DNA from: a virus
Taxonomy: Duplodnaviria > Heunggongvirae > Uroviricota > Caudoviricetes
Length of the DNA stretch: 64,000 bases
Reading direction: 5' to 3' (one strand)
Virus record (IMG/VR): IMGVR_UViG_3300027861_000012
Coordinates: 96,380-160,379 of that record
Below the pieces are notes generated by a model, which was not told where the DNA came from, did not search any database, and saw nothing but the letters and a program-made list of their open reading frames with translations. Positions 1 to 13,200 of the stretch are shown here, piece after piece. The first letter of the stretch is position 1. Every line of letters begins with the position of its first letter. Both the position numbers and the translations under genes were made by a program.

Positions 1-3000
1 CCAACTCCAACCTCGTATGTCATACTAAGCGTGTTGGAAGCAGATCGGACCCAAATTCCAAGTTGGGCAGCGGTGTCTGAAACTGACAGGTTATGGGTCA
101 CTGCTTCAACATTGACCAACACACGACTTGCAGAATCGCTTGGTGCGAGTGTGTCTGTGATAGATTTGCCAAGCACCATACCAAGATCAAGATCGTCTCC
201 GATCACAATCGTAGAACTCAATGTGGCGGTAACAATTTTGCCGCCATCACTGATATCAGTGACGATCAAAGTGGATGTGCCGGAATGCTGCACGATAGCT
301 ACTCTGTCTATGGCGTCATCCAGATCGATGGAACTCAGCAGTGATTTACCAAGGGTTGCCACTCTGCCTAATGAATCCGACAAATCAATCGTGCTGCTAA
401 GAGCCCGATCCCAGACTACCAACACGGTATCAGAATGTGTCAGGGCAAGTGTGCTCGTACTGAACCGTAAGGCCACATGAACGCGACTGGCCACGTTACT
501 AAGCGACAGTGTATCGGTTACATCCTTCTGTAGGGTGAAGGCTAGAGCAGCCTGACTGACTGCATCGATGATACTGGAAGCTGTTCGTGGCCATACCGTG
601 TCCTGTGTAGCTGATACTGATGGGACCAGTACCGAGGTTGCAGACTTACTGGCGACAATGTTTCTGTCACCAATACTGGTTAGGTCCAGTGTATGGCTGC
701 TAGCCTTTTGTACGGTGGCGATTCTGTCTGGTGTACCAGTCAAGACCAGTGTGTTAGACAGGTCTTTGGTCAGAACAAAGCCTGCCGACATATCGTCACT
801 GAGTAAAAGAGCACCACTTGCACTACGAGGCCACACAGTATCTTGACCAGCGGTGTCAGAGAGAGCCAAAGTAGCACTGACATCCTTCTGGAGTGTGGCA
901 ATACGGCTCGCAGCATCAGAGATGCTCAGTGTATGTGTTATGGAGTATGTGAACTCGGTCTCTTCGTAACCCGTACTGGTGAGGGTTATCGTTGAGGTCA
1001 AGCTTAGATTCAAAACGATCAACCGATCTGGGTCATCGTCTAGTACCAGTGTGTCAGAAGCAGCCAGATTCAAAACACTCGTCTCGCTGGCTGTGCCGGT
1101 GAGGCTAATTGTCGAAGAGGCGGTGTGACTGACTGTGGCAATACGGTCTGCTGAGTCATCAAGACTCATTGTATCCGTTGCGGGTCGCAGGTATATTGGT
1201 GTCTGAGCCGCTGTGCTCGTGAGGTCGATATCATCAGCACTAGATAGTGACCAAATTACTGTGAGGACGCTCAAGTCTGATAGGTCGAGTGTTGAAGATG
1301 CTGACGGTGATACGAGAGCCGTTCGTGCCAGTGTGTCATCCAAGTCGAGTGTTGAACTGGCGTCGCGCGGCCAGACAGTATCTTGTGTAGCAGTTCCAGA
1401 GATGTCCAAGGTTGAGCTACTGGCTAGCGGCCATGCCCAATTCACTTCCAGCAGGTCGGATATACTGAGTGTACTTGTGATGCTTTTGCCCAAGACGGCA
1501 AGTCGGTCAGCTTCGCTGTCGAGTACCAGTGTGTCTTGAAGTGATTTATTGAGGACCCAACCAGCATCCAGTACATGGCTCAAGCTAAGTGCATTCACAG
1601 CACTACGTACCCAGGTGGTGTCAAAGATTGCAGCTTGTGTTAGTGTAATGGTGTCGCTGAGGTCATAGGTGACGATGATGTTTCGGTCACCCGTGCTTGT
1701 CAAATCAATCTCTGTGGTGACTGGCCGAGCAAAGACAGCCAACTGGCTGGCGGTACTTGTCAAAACAACCGTGTCGGAGGCAGTTCGTGCTACTGTCTGC
1801 ACGAAGGATGCAACATCGCTGGCGCTGATGGTATCAGAGGTTGTGCGATTGAATACACCAGCATACGCGGATACAGACACCCAATCAATTGTACTGCTGC
1901 TGGCTCGTTGCAGGCTGTAACCCACATTCAAGTCATCGTCTAACGGAATGGCATGTGTTGGTGTTCGCAACCAGATGGTGGTCTCAACACAATTATCGGA
2001 GATAACCAGTGTGCCAGAACTGTCTGCCGACACAGCTTTCAGCAGATCAAGAGTATCCGATATGTCAATGGTGTTGGTTGCAGTCCGGCTTCCGATTCTA
2101 ATACGGGTCGCAATGTCACTACATACAATGGTTGATGACCCACTTAACTGGAGAATCCAAGTTGGGTCCAAATCATGGCTCAGATCAAGACTGTCGGAAT
2201 CGGATGTGCTGCGTACATGAGTTGTATCCCCGACACTCACAAACGTGATGGTACTGGACGGCCCGAGCGTTAGTATCCAATTCAAACCAACCACGTCTGA
2301 GACTGTGATAGTAGATGTTAGTGTGCGGGGGAATATCCCGGTGTAGTCCAGTGTGTCACTGACTGATATACCAGATGGGGCATTCAGAGTAATGATAAAT
2401 CCTGCTTCAGCCGTTGAAGTCCAGTCCAAAGAGGACGTACCAATCCCCTGGATGTAGGTCTCACCGGTAGCAGCATGTCGGAGCCGTAACGGAGACTGCA
2501 TACCTCGTGGGATGAAGTTTCTGAATGGGAAATAATCGATACCATGATACTCTTTGCCAAAGACACCGTGATGAATGGTGGTAGTGATCCCTGTAGAAAC
2601 AACCGTCTTCTTTACGTCACGTCCCGAGGTCCAATACAACGTATCGTTGTCCTCGTTGTAACACAGGTCATCGGGCAAATTGGCATCGGTGAGCACTGTG
2701 TCTCCTGAGCCATCAATGTTGGCAACATAGATGTCCCCACCTGAGATACCACGCCCAAAGAAGATGCGCTCATTCTGGCGGTCAATGCAAATTGCTTGTG
2801 GTAGGTTCCAACCTGTAATGAGATCAGTAACGTTACTGCCGTCATAGTCACAACGCTTCACGATGTGGGCACTATAGTCACAGAAGTACAACTGATTGTT
2901 GTAGGCGGCCAAACCGTAGGGTCGCACCACGTCATCAACAGTGGCTTCCAGAATCAAAGTGATGTTGGACCCATCCAAGTCCATTCGGTAGACTTTGTTG

Positions 3001-4274
3001 TTAGTGTCCGATTCATCTACAAAGTAGATGTAGTTCTCGTATGAATCAACACACAAGCTCAACAGCGATGAGTAGGCAGGGTCATCAAGGATAACTGTTT
3101 CCCCGGTACCATCCAAATTCCCTCTATGGATGGTGTTGTCTGTGATATCGACCCAATAAATCTCATACCGATTAACATGGATGTCGGCATCGGTTGGCTT
3201 GTTACCCGTATCAAACATCGCACGTCGATTGTTTCCGTCAAAGTCCATCCTAATACATTCGTCTTCAGACCACTCCATGACAAACAACCGCTCAGAAGCA
3301 TGGGGGTCAATCCACACCGATGTATCCTGAGTGAAGTCCAGATCATCTGATGGGTGGCGTGTATACACATCGTATCCGCCAGAATTCGTATGCTCGAATG
3401 CAAGGGTGTCATCTACATCAATGGTGTGGACCACCGTGCGTTCCCAGGCACGTTGTAATAGTTGATCCATATCGAGTGTGGAGACCACCGTCTGTTGGTA
3501 CACCAGCGTAGAGGGTTTGTACAGAATGGCCTTCCAACTCTTAGCCAAGCTGTCCTGATCTGAGTCACGGAGTTTTTCGTATCCGGTGCCATAGATAGAG
3601 ACCCGGTAGATATCTCCGTCTGCCTGATCGTAAGTAAAGTACAGATAGTCATCACCAGGATCGTATTCGAGCCGAATGACATTGACACCCGTGGTATCAA
3701 TATCGTACACTAAGGCATTGTTGCCGCCGTCCATGTCACAGACACGAAGCTGGTCACCATTCGAGTAGTAGATTTTGTCATTATCAATATCCACTGAGAC
3801 CGATGGTCCGTCTGTGGTGCCCGTGATACCGGTGACGATATTCGCCAGGTTGGTACCATCCAGGTCACATGTCCGGATGCTATTATTAGTCGAATCGCAG
3901 AGCACCAATTTACCCAACGCTGGGTGGATGCCCATTTCACTGATCCAGGCCAATCCTGAAGTCAAGACATCAGTTGCACCGGTGCCATCTAAGGCAGCCT
4001 TGCGAATCTTAGCCGGACTGTATTCGTACCAATAGACTTCATCCGCACCAGGATTCACTGTGATACCAACAGGACCAGCCGTACTTGTATCCAACCAGAC
4101 TTCGCTGTTGCCACCATCAAGATCACATCGCTTGATCTCTTGATTGGCATAATGTGTCCAGTAAATCTTGTCATTGGTGAGGTCTATCGCGGCATCCTGG
4201 CAGCCGTCTACACCACTGCTGAGAATCACAGCAGCATAGGCACTATCAGGTTTGAGGCGTAGAATCTTACCCAT
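1..4274 (-). CDS. Second giant fibre-like protein, partial (>=1424 aa, open at window edge): two YWTD-like beta-propellers then 20-aa stalk repeats
   Basis: Not in ORF track because it has no stop in the window. Hand translation from ATG 4274 (SD AAGGA, 2 nt after the TAA of the 5090-aa gene) gives MGKILRLKPDS...IDLTNDKIYWTHYANQEIKRCDLDGGNSEV...EIYWVDITDNTIHRGNLDGTGE...QDTVWPRDASSTLDLDD... with no stop down to position 1. Confidence 0.9.
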   Translation of the reverse strand, partial: MGKILRLKPDSAYAAVILSSGVDGCQDAAIDLTNDKIYWTHYANQEIKRCDLDGGNSEVWLDTSTAGPVGITVNPGADEVYWYEYSPAKIRKAALDGTGATDVLTSGLAWISEMGIHPALGKLVLCDSTNNSIRTCDLDGTNLANIVTGITGTTDGPSVSVDIDNDKIYYSNGDQLRVCDMDGGNNALVYDIDTTGVNVIRLEYDPGDDYLYFTYDQADGDIYRVSIYGTGYEKLRDSDQDSLAKSWKAILYKPSTLVYQQTVVSTLDMDQLLQRAWERTVVHTIDVDDTLAFEHTNSGGYDVYTRHPSDDLDFTQDTSVWIDPHASERLFVMEWSEDECIRMDFDGNNRRAMFDTGNKPTDADIHVNRYEIYWVDITDNTIHRGNLDGTGETVILDDPAYSSLLSLCVDSYENYIYFVDESDTNNKVYRMDLDGSNITLILEATVDDVVRPYGLAAYNNQLYFCDYSAHIVKRCDYDGSNVTDLITGWNLPQAICIDRQNERIFFGRGISGGDIYVANIDGSGDTVLTDANLPDDLCYNEDNDTLYWTSGRDVKKTVVSTGITTTIHHGVFGKEYHGIDYFPFRNFIPRGMQSPLRLRHAATGETYIQGIGTSSLDWTSTAEAGFIITLNAPSGISVSDTLDYTGIFPRTLTSTITVSDVVGLNWILTLGPSSTITFVSVGDTTHVRSTSDSDSLDLSHDLDPTWILQLSGSSTIVCSDIATRIRIGSRTATNTIDISDTLDLLKAVSADSSGTLVISDNCVETTIWLRTPTHAIPLDDDLNVGYSLQRASSSTIDWVSVSAYAGVFNRTTSDTISASDVASFVQTVARTASDTVVLTSTASQLAVFARPVTTEIDLTSTGDRNIIVTYDLSDTITLTQAAIFDTTWVRSAVNALSLSHVLDAGWVLNKSLQDTLVLDSEADRLAVLGKSITSTLSISDLLEVNWAWPLASSSTLDISGTATQDTVWPRDASSTLDLDDTLARTALVSPSASSTLDLSDLSVLTVIWSLSSADDIDLTSTAAQTPIYLRPATDTMSLDDSADRIATVSHTASSTISLTGTASETSVLNLAASDTLVLDDDPDRLIVLNLSLTSTITLTSTGYEETEFTYSITHTLSISDAASRIATLQKDVSATLALSDTAGQDTVWPRSASGALLLSDDMSAGFVLTKDLSNTLVLTGTPDRIATVQKASSHTLDLTSIGDRNIVASKSATSVLVPSVSATQDTVWPRTASSIIDAVSQAALAFTLQKDVTDTLSLSNVASRVHVALRFSTSTLALTHSDTVLVVWDRALSSTIDLSDSLGRVATLGKSLLSSIDLDDAIDRVAIVQHSGTSTLIVTDISDGGKIVTATLSSTIVIGDDLDLGMVLGKSITDTLAPSDSASRVLVNVEAVTHNLSVSDTAAQLGIWVRSASNTLSMTYEVGV

Positions 4275-4276
4275 GA

Positions 4277-7200
4277 TTATTCCTTATCAATTACGTAGAG
4301 GCTACCGGACTCAGGCGGCTCAATGACAGCCGAGGCCGATGACGCTGGCACCAAAGTATCTTCTGCATCACCATCATATGTCCTTGGCCAGACACGGTGG
4401 GCCCAAGTCAGGTCATCCGAAGCTGACCGAGCAAAGGTCATTGAGCGGGTTGCAGTTTGTGTCAAGTCTCCGGTATTGTCTGCCGACTCGACTGAGGCCA
4501 GGTTGAATGTACTCTCCTGGGTTAGATCAACCACATTTTCGGTGACTCGTGGGTGTGTTGTGAAGTCGTCACCAGCATAAACGATACTGACGGCCATGTT
4601 GTCATCAAGCGTGAATGAAACCTCTGTGTCTTCAACGATAGAATCCCATGCACGACTCTGCCATGTGAGTGTATCATCAGAATCTCGGTTGTACACGCTA
4701 CTGGCCAGCGACAGGGCTTGACCAAGGGCGGCTGTCGATTCCAGGGCTTGAAGGGCCACAGTCGTTTCACCTGGGAGACTCGACAATGTGATGGTGTTGT
4801 CCCCAGTTCGATTCCTTGTGATGTTGAAGCTAGCCGCACTGGAGAGAGTCAGATCACTGGTACCACTGCGTTGGAGCGAATAACCAAGATTCAAATCGTC
4901 GGTCAATTCGATAGCGTTTGTCAGGTCACGAGCCCAAACAGTATCTTGTGTTGCCACATCGCTGGCAGCGATTTCGTGATCAACACTTCTTGGTGACACT
5001 ACGGCCTCGTTAGCACTGTCATCCATCACAAGGGTGTTCTCAGCATATCGGTCCCAAACTACATCGAAGACACTTGCATCTGACAGTATCAACGTGTTCG
5101 CAGCATTGCGGATAACTTCAACGACAATTATGTCGTCCAAATCAATGCTAGAACTTGACGCGGGACTGATGAAGTGTTCGTAGCTCAGCACTTCGTCTAG
5201 TGTCAACGTTGATTCGATAGACTTGTTAAGGATGCTGGTAAGATCAAGATCATCGTCTAGCGTCATGGTATGTGCAGCAAACCTACTGAAGATTGGCTGC
5301 TTGTCGCTAATACTGGTGAGCGTGAAAGTCGAAGACGCATCGCGGTCACGGAAAGTAATACTGGTAGCGACATCGCCAACAGTGAGATCAGTATCCAAAT
5401 CTCGCGTTAGTGTGTAACCAAGATTGAGTGCTTGGGCCAGATCAGTGGAATCCTCCCCGAATCTTGGTAACACTAACGTTTCACCACTGCTGTCGGATAG
5501 ATCCAGATCATCAGCAAGTGGTGGCCCCAGAACAAATAAGGTTGCCAACTCATCTGAAATTGTGGCAGCGTGTATGATTACTTCATTGAAATCAGTGGTC
5601 TCATAACCGATTGAATCCAGTTCAACTGTGGTGCTTCCGGCTTGCTGTGAAACGATATTTCGGTCTACAATAGAGACCAGTGTTAGGGTATTGTCGTGGG
5701 CCAAGGTTACAACAACGTTGCGGTCACCAATACTGGACAGATCAATTGCGTTACTGGCATACCGTAGATATACCATATCCGCGACGGCCAGACCAGACGC
5801 TGTCAGTGTATTGCTTAATGACTTACCAAGGGTTGCAATCCGTGTAGTGACATCACTTAGTGTAACAGCATTGGTAGCACTTCGGCCCAAGATGGAAGTT
5901 TCTGCACCTGTATCCGTGAGGTCAAGATCAGACTCACTCCATCGTTGCCTTACTGTAATGGCACCTACGGCTGTGTCCGCCAGGTCAATATCACTGGTAC
6001 TACCCTCAAGGGAGAGGAATGCCTCATCAACAACACTGGAGATGGTCAAGGTTGAAGTATCATCGGTTGTTCGGATTCGGTTTTGGGTGACGCTGTCGGA
6101 AAGATCAATGTTCGCGGTCACTTCTTTCAATGGTACAAAGACAACTGTGGATTCGTCACCCAGAGATAGCGAGACCGCAGTTGATCGTGGCCATACGGTG
6201 TCCTGCCCGGCAATGGCCGACAGGTCCAGAGTATCACTGCTGCTTCTGGGTGCCACATGTCCATAGACAAGTGAGTGTACGAAATCGAGATCACCTAGCA
6301 TCTGACGGGTTCTGGTGTAACCCGTGTATGGTGCAATGGCCAGACCCCATGGTCGTTGGTATTCGGTACCAGCCGACACTTGATTATGTGTATGAGGCGC
6401 AGTAATCTTGACACTGTGCAGCCCGATGTAGGTCCCGGCCGCAGCGTTGTCTTGGTAACAGACTGTATAGATCGAGTCGTTTACAGCGTTGAAGGCAATG
6501 TGCTCGAAGTGTCCGGACGGGATCGAAATCTCAGTAATCACCCATGCACTGGGCCCATCAACGTCGGCATAAAATGCCCGCGCGTAACCCGTGGAAAGTG
6601 ATTTGTACAACCAGAACAACCTACCATTGGTTTCGTCATAGTTCAGGTGAATCCAAGGTCTGGTCCCTGGGAAGTCGGTCAGATTACCAAGACGCACAAT
6701 TTCTGCGTTAGTATCCAAGTTCTTTTCAACGATGCGTCCGGTTGGGGATCTATCTGCGTACCACAATCTCCTGTTCGCACCATCACCTGCAAGATCGCTC
6801 GCATAGCCCGAGCCAAAATTCACGTCAGGATTCACGTTGTCCAAATCCCATATCGACCCATAACCGTTATTGAACAGAATAGCCGGAGCATGAATGGCAT
6901 ACATATTGTTGTTCTGTGAATCAACAAACGATCTACTGGCACGATAGACAGGCGGGTTGGGATACACGTAGAAGTTGGCACCGTTTAGATCGCATCCAAA
7001 CTCGTAGCCAAAGACATATGATCCGAAGTAAATACGATCATCAACAATGCCAAGATCCCAGGTATCGTTGGGATAGGCTTGTGACCCGGCTGGGTACGGA
7101 AGATCATTCAATTCAATTGCTGTTTCTTTACCGGTGAGGTCTGGCCTGAATTTCACAATTCGTGAGTGTAGCGAATCGCCTTCATAACCTTCACCTGTGT

Positions 7201-10200
7201 AGACTCTACCGTCGCCTTCGACATGCTCATCCAAGTCGTACAGAACAACGTCGGACAGAGTCAAACCCTGAGTAACTGTACGCCCGGCCGACCATAATGT
7301 ATTTGCATCACTATCCAGATCAAGGTCATTTTCACCCAACCGCAGTGGAATAGCTACGAGGTCTAGCTGGTCATCAAGCGGGATAGCTTGTTCCACTGGC
7401 TCGTATGAACCAAGGTAACCGAGAATTGTATCGTCGATATCAAGACCACTGGCGAGTGTTCGACCAAGTATGGCAATTCGATCCATCTCGTCAGTGACCG
7501 GGATGGTATGCTCAACAGTACGCGCCCATACAACATCGACACTGGCTGAATGCTCAGGTGTGAAGGAGTCGGCTGCCGACAGATGTATGATCCAGTCTTG
7601 TGGCCCGAGGGCAATACCTGTGTAGGAAGCGTCGTTGTCAATACGAATTATCTCTTGCGTCGGGAAGCTAGCATAGGCTTTGATACGCCGTACCTGGTGT
7701 GAATCCCCTTGGTGAGTATAGTAGATGTACTCATCCTCAAAGTTGTAGACCATATCCACAGCGTAGGTTGCAATGAAGGCGACCTGTGCCACATTGGAAC
7801 CATCTAAATCAGCCGACTTGATGTCCTGGTGCATCATGTCAGACCAGAACATTTTCTCGTTCACGGGGTCAATAGTAATGGCAGTGGGACCCGTGGGGTC
7901 TGTGTTTGTTTGCACCAGATTGGTCAAGTTTGACCCGGTTAATTCACATCGCTTGATGTAACCAGCACCGTTGTCAACAATGTACAGGTAACCGTTGGAA
8001 ACTTCCAAACCACGGACACGAGTTAATGACGTACCCGGAACAATTTTCTGGGGGTTGGAGCCATCGTAATTCATTCGCCAAATAGCTCGAATAGTTGAGT
8101 TGGTGCTATGCACGTAGGCAAAGACATGATCTGTGGCATCATTAACCGCCACGTTCATTACATTTGCATAGCCTGATGCCAGCATTTCCACATCGGTGCC
8201 GTCCAGGTTGGCACTCTTCAATGCCCCAGCACCACTGTATGTTTCGGCCCAGAAAATGCGTTCATCGTCTAAGGAGATTACTGCATCACCTGGGGTAAAC
8301 GGTACACCAGATTCAAACAAGTCCTTGAGGTGGCTGCCATCCAATGTGATGACACGGCAACGGTTGTCCTGGTTGTCCATGAGATGTAGGGCAAATGTAT
8401 TCGCGTTGGCATGGCCATGGACCAGCGTATGATCGAGAACCAGTGTACTCGTTGCTTCTGGCGTAAAGGTCTTCTGTGCAAAGTCACTCAATGCCACCAG
8501 AGTATCAGTTTCGCTTCGGCTAAAGATTGTCGTTTCCTGGGCCTCATGGTCCAGATCAAGGGTTGAGATAGCACTGCGGGGCCACACCACATAGCGTACT
8601 GCGGATTGGGTACTGGTAATTGAATCGGTAATTGATTGATTCGTGATAGCAGTACGATCCAAATCTTGCACGAGGACCAGAGTATCTCCATGTTCAACCT
8701 CGAAGGTGCGAGAAGTCCTGTACGATAGAGTCAGTGTGTCCTCAGCAGCCCGTAGTGCTACATGGATGGTACTCGCAGCATGGTCCAAATCAATGGAATC
8801 GGCAGTAGTCCGAATTGCCCAGAAAGTATCCTGAGCCGCTGTGGCCTCCAACACAAGTGTATCATCAAGGTCTTTGTTCAGTATCTGTTCCAGATCTAAT
8901 TCATCCGACAGCGTTAGTGGTGTTGGTGCATGGTATGAATACACCGCACTCAGGCTATGGTCCAGTGCCATGTTGTTCCAAGCCGCTCGTGGCCTGACAT
9001 GATAAAAGCTTGTGGTGTCATTCAGATCCACTGAATCGAAGTAGATGTAGGTACCTTCATCATAGGCTGATGTGTTACGCATCGTACTCAGGGACATGGT
9101 ATTCGTGTCAAGGGCATATACAGCATACTTACTAGCCAGATAGAGAATGTCACTTTCATGATCATAAACCATCTTCTCAACACCCTCATAACCGCCCTGA
9201 CCGGTCATGGTACCAACAAGTTGTAGGTTGTATGGGGCCGTCTTATTAACACGCCAGATGCGAGCATCCTGTGACGCACCGAAGTAGACGTAGTCATTGT
9301 TGTGGTCGAAAGCAATTGCATCATAGGTCTTGTTGATAGGCATGGCTACCACATGTGACCAATTGGTATACCCATTTCCGACCAACAAGTTATGGAAGGT
9401 ATGGGAACCAGTATCGCTACCAAAGGTCCAGAACAGACCTGTATTTGGATCACGTCGCAGACAGCTACCATACATGAAGACACCACCGGCTCCCAACATT
9501 TGGATGTGGTCGCCACCGTCTGACATACGCACGGTGTACATCGCCGAACAACCACCCTCTGGACAATGGCCACCATCAACTGTGAAGACCAGTCGTCCCA
9601 AACTGGGGATGATATCAAAGGTACTGTAACCACCAGCATGGTATGCCCACCACTCGCTCCAGGTACCATCGTTCAAATCAACAATCCCTACAGGGTCATT
9701 GCCATCCATGTCCCAACTGTTGATAACCTTGGGACCATCACTGGCACCATAACCATAGACACGATTCCCAACAGTATCGATCCGCAAATCCGAGTGCTTG
9801 GAGGTACCAAAGATGTGTTTGGTTTGGCCATACTCATTCATTCCCAGGATGCCATTAGCACCGCTGGAGACACCTAGCCACAACGGGCCGATAGTAACCT
9901 GGATGTCGTAGTAACTATAGCCGGAGAGGTGCAGCGTGTTGCTGGCAGCCAGATCAACCGGGAAATATACTGGAGCGTCAAGCTCAAGGGTATCGGTGGC
10001 ATCATAGGTGTAGGTGGACCCAGCCCGACTGGCGTCTTCTGTGAAGCCGATATCACTGGTGGCAAACAAGACACGGTTGATATCGAAGACAGCATCACTG
10101 GAAAGGTTGATGGTACTTGAAGCCGGTGTAGTCAGCAAGTAACCAAGATTGATATTCTGGGTCAAGTTCAGGTTGTCTTCAGCCGATTCAATATGGACCT

Positions 10201-13200
10201 TCTTGAGATCATGCTCAACGATGAGAAGGTTCGAGAGGGCTCTAACATAGACTGTCTCGCGGTTCGCATAATAGCCCCACATGATTGTCGAGTCAACAAA
10301 TTCGAGCGACAAGAAGTCTTCATGAGCATCAGCACTGAGGGTCAGGTTGGAGATGGCATCATGAGAGACCAAGGCGATGCGGTTTACATCGTCACTCAGA
10401 GACAATGTCCCAGTACCCAGTCGGTAGCTGTCGGTTTCTTCAATCGCAGTGTGCGAGAGGTCCATATCGGAGGTTGCTGAGACTTCTGTGACCAAGTAGA
10501 CGATTTGATCCAGGAACGTGAGGTTGGCTTCGATGTCGGCGGTGACAACGAAGCTGTAATCTTCAAGACTCTCAAGGACCAGGGTTGAAGTTTCTGCCCG
10601 TTCAAGAATAGCAACACGGTCAGCAACCTGTGATAGGTTGAGGGTGTGTTCAACGTCTTCAAGGAATGTTGGAATCGGAGCTTCATCAATTGCAAAGCCG
10701 TAAACGGTAGTTCGGTTGGTCGGCCGTGTAGCGTCTGGCCAGGTATGGACCACAGTACGATTGTATCCGTTCCAGTCAATTTTTTCAACATACCGACTCG
10801 AAGTGTCGCTGGATATAGAGTAGATGCAGTCATCATTGGGGTTGTAGGCAAAGTCTTTGATTTGATGTGGGTTCGGGTAGACAACCTCGATCTTAGTTTC
10901 TTCGGTATCGTCCTTATGAGCCTGATAGAAGGTACTGACGCCAGCTTGGTTGACCCACAATAGGCTCTCATGTGCTGGAACAAACTCCATATAGTATGGG
11001 TCCCCAGGTATCTCCATCCATAACGTCAGCCCTGAACCGTCTGTATTCATGCGCCAGATTTCTCCAGGCACGCCAGGATTGACAAACGTCGTTGCCCCGA
11101 TATACAGTTGCTGGTCTGCCGGGTCAATGGCGATTGAGTGCAGATTGTATGTACCCAACCCACCTGTGGAGGCGATTAGTGATTCATCGGTACCATCAAG
11201 ATTATTTTGGTACACGGCACCGAAGCCACCATTCTGGTGTGTATAATAAATCTTGTTATTGGCAGGGTCAACAGTAACATCAAGTATACCGCCAGGCCAC
11301 CCAGGTTCCAAATATGGAATCCAGGAACGAATTTCTGTGACGTTGCTGCCATCAAGATCGGCCCGCATGATTTTGTTCCGCAGATTGTCGGTCCAATACA
11401 TCTTATGATTGATGCCATCAATCACCATGTGCCAGCCACCACCTGAATTAAGGTCTGGATAAGGCGCGCCAATTTGGGTTGTGGCTACCACATAAGGGTC
11501 GGTTCCGTCTGCCTTCATCGAGAGGATTTCGTCATACAATTGATCTATCATATAGAGGCGGCCGTTTGGATCAAGGATACGTGTGACCGCCGCTGCATCA
11601 GACAATGGGAGGTAGTCGATAGGTGATTCTATTGTGGACAGGAATGCATCATCGTCCCATGTAACGGTATGACTGAGGGTATGACCCAGAACGGCAGTAC
11701 GATCACCGGTATCCGATGGCGTCAAGTCCTGGGTAATGCTCCGCTCGATGATACGCAATCCGGTGGCAGCATCTGTGAGATCAATGTCATCGGTTCCATA
11801 GTGGAACTTGACAGTGTTGTCGGCTGTGGCTTCATGGTCCAAGTCGGTGAGTTCACTGGCTGTGGTACCACCGGTAATCGGTAGTGCTTCAGCAAGCTGA
11901 CCTGGGAAGAGGTAATTGATCGCATTGCCAAATCGAACGGGCAGAACGTCAGCAGCATGATCAAGATCGATGGTATGGCTGAGAGCCCGTAAGGCCCAGA
12001 ATGTATCTTGTGTAGCTGTGTCATCCAGATCCATGGAGTGCGACATGGTCTTGTAGACGATGATAGTACGATCAGGGGTGCTAATCAGATCAAGATCATC
12101 GGTACTAGCACGATTCAAAACGCTAACCTCTGTGACCTCGTCAGAGAGGGTCAGTGTGTCAGTTATGTCTTTACCGAGTAGGAAAATGGTTTCCAGGGTG
12201 GCATCAAGATCAAGCGAGTCAGTAGCGGCTCGCGGTCGGATCATATTACCCACGAATATCTGGCTTAAATCCAGACTATGCGGCATCTCACGATCCAAGA
12301 CGTAATTGACATCCAATTGATCGTCGATTGCAACCGAGTCTCCGGCAGACCGTGGGAATACAGAATCCTGCTCGGCTGTATCATCCACAGGGATGTCGTC
12401 GGTCAACAGTTTACCCAACGAGACAATTCTGGCTAAATGGTGCCAGGTATCGAGTGGTGATTCGAGGCTCCGGGGTCGAACAGCATTCTGGGAGGCGGTT
12501 TGGTTAGGTTCCCAGATGGTGGTAGCATATCGATCCCAGACGCCAAGGAAAGTAACTGCGCTAGTGAGGTCGGTGGTGTCAGTTGGGTCACGTTGGAAGA
12601 CCATTAGTTCTTCCGCTGTGTCGCTAATAGGCACCAATGAATCGGTCAGTGATTTACCAAGAATTGCAACCCGGTCCATGGAGTCGCTCAAATCCAAAGA
12701 GTGGACGAGATGACGCAGAGATTCGGTTTCTTCCAGTACAGTATGACTCAGGTTGATTGTTTGTGTGAAGGATTTACCAAGGGTAGCAACTCGGCTGGCT
12801 ACATCCGAGAGGGTTGCTGTATTATCCGCACTTCGTGGGCGAAGGAAATTGGTATCTACTGTGCCAGAAACATCCAGAGTGTTTCCAAGGCTGTGGTCAA
12901 AGATTGCCAAGTATGAGGCTGAAGAAGATGGGTCCAATGTACCAGTTGCTGATCGGCTAACAACAAATACACGGGTTGCCGTGTCGTCCAAGTCCATTGT
13001 ATTTGTGGCTGTTCGCAGGTAGGCCCAAATATCATCCAACACCTGACTGACTATCAAAACGCTAGTCAGGTCTTTGGTAACCACAATGATTCGACCTACA
13101 ACCTGTGACAAATCAGGGGTAGATGTTGCACTTCTGGGTCGCACCATTGGGTAGACCAAGGTATGATCCAAATCAAGAGTATCATCACTGCTACGCTGGA

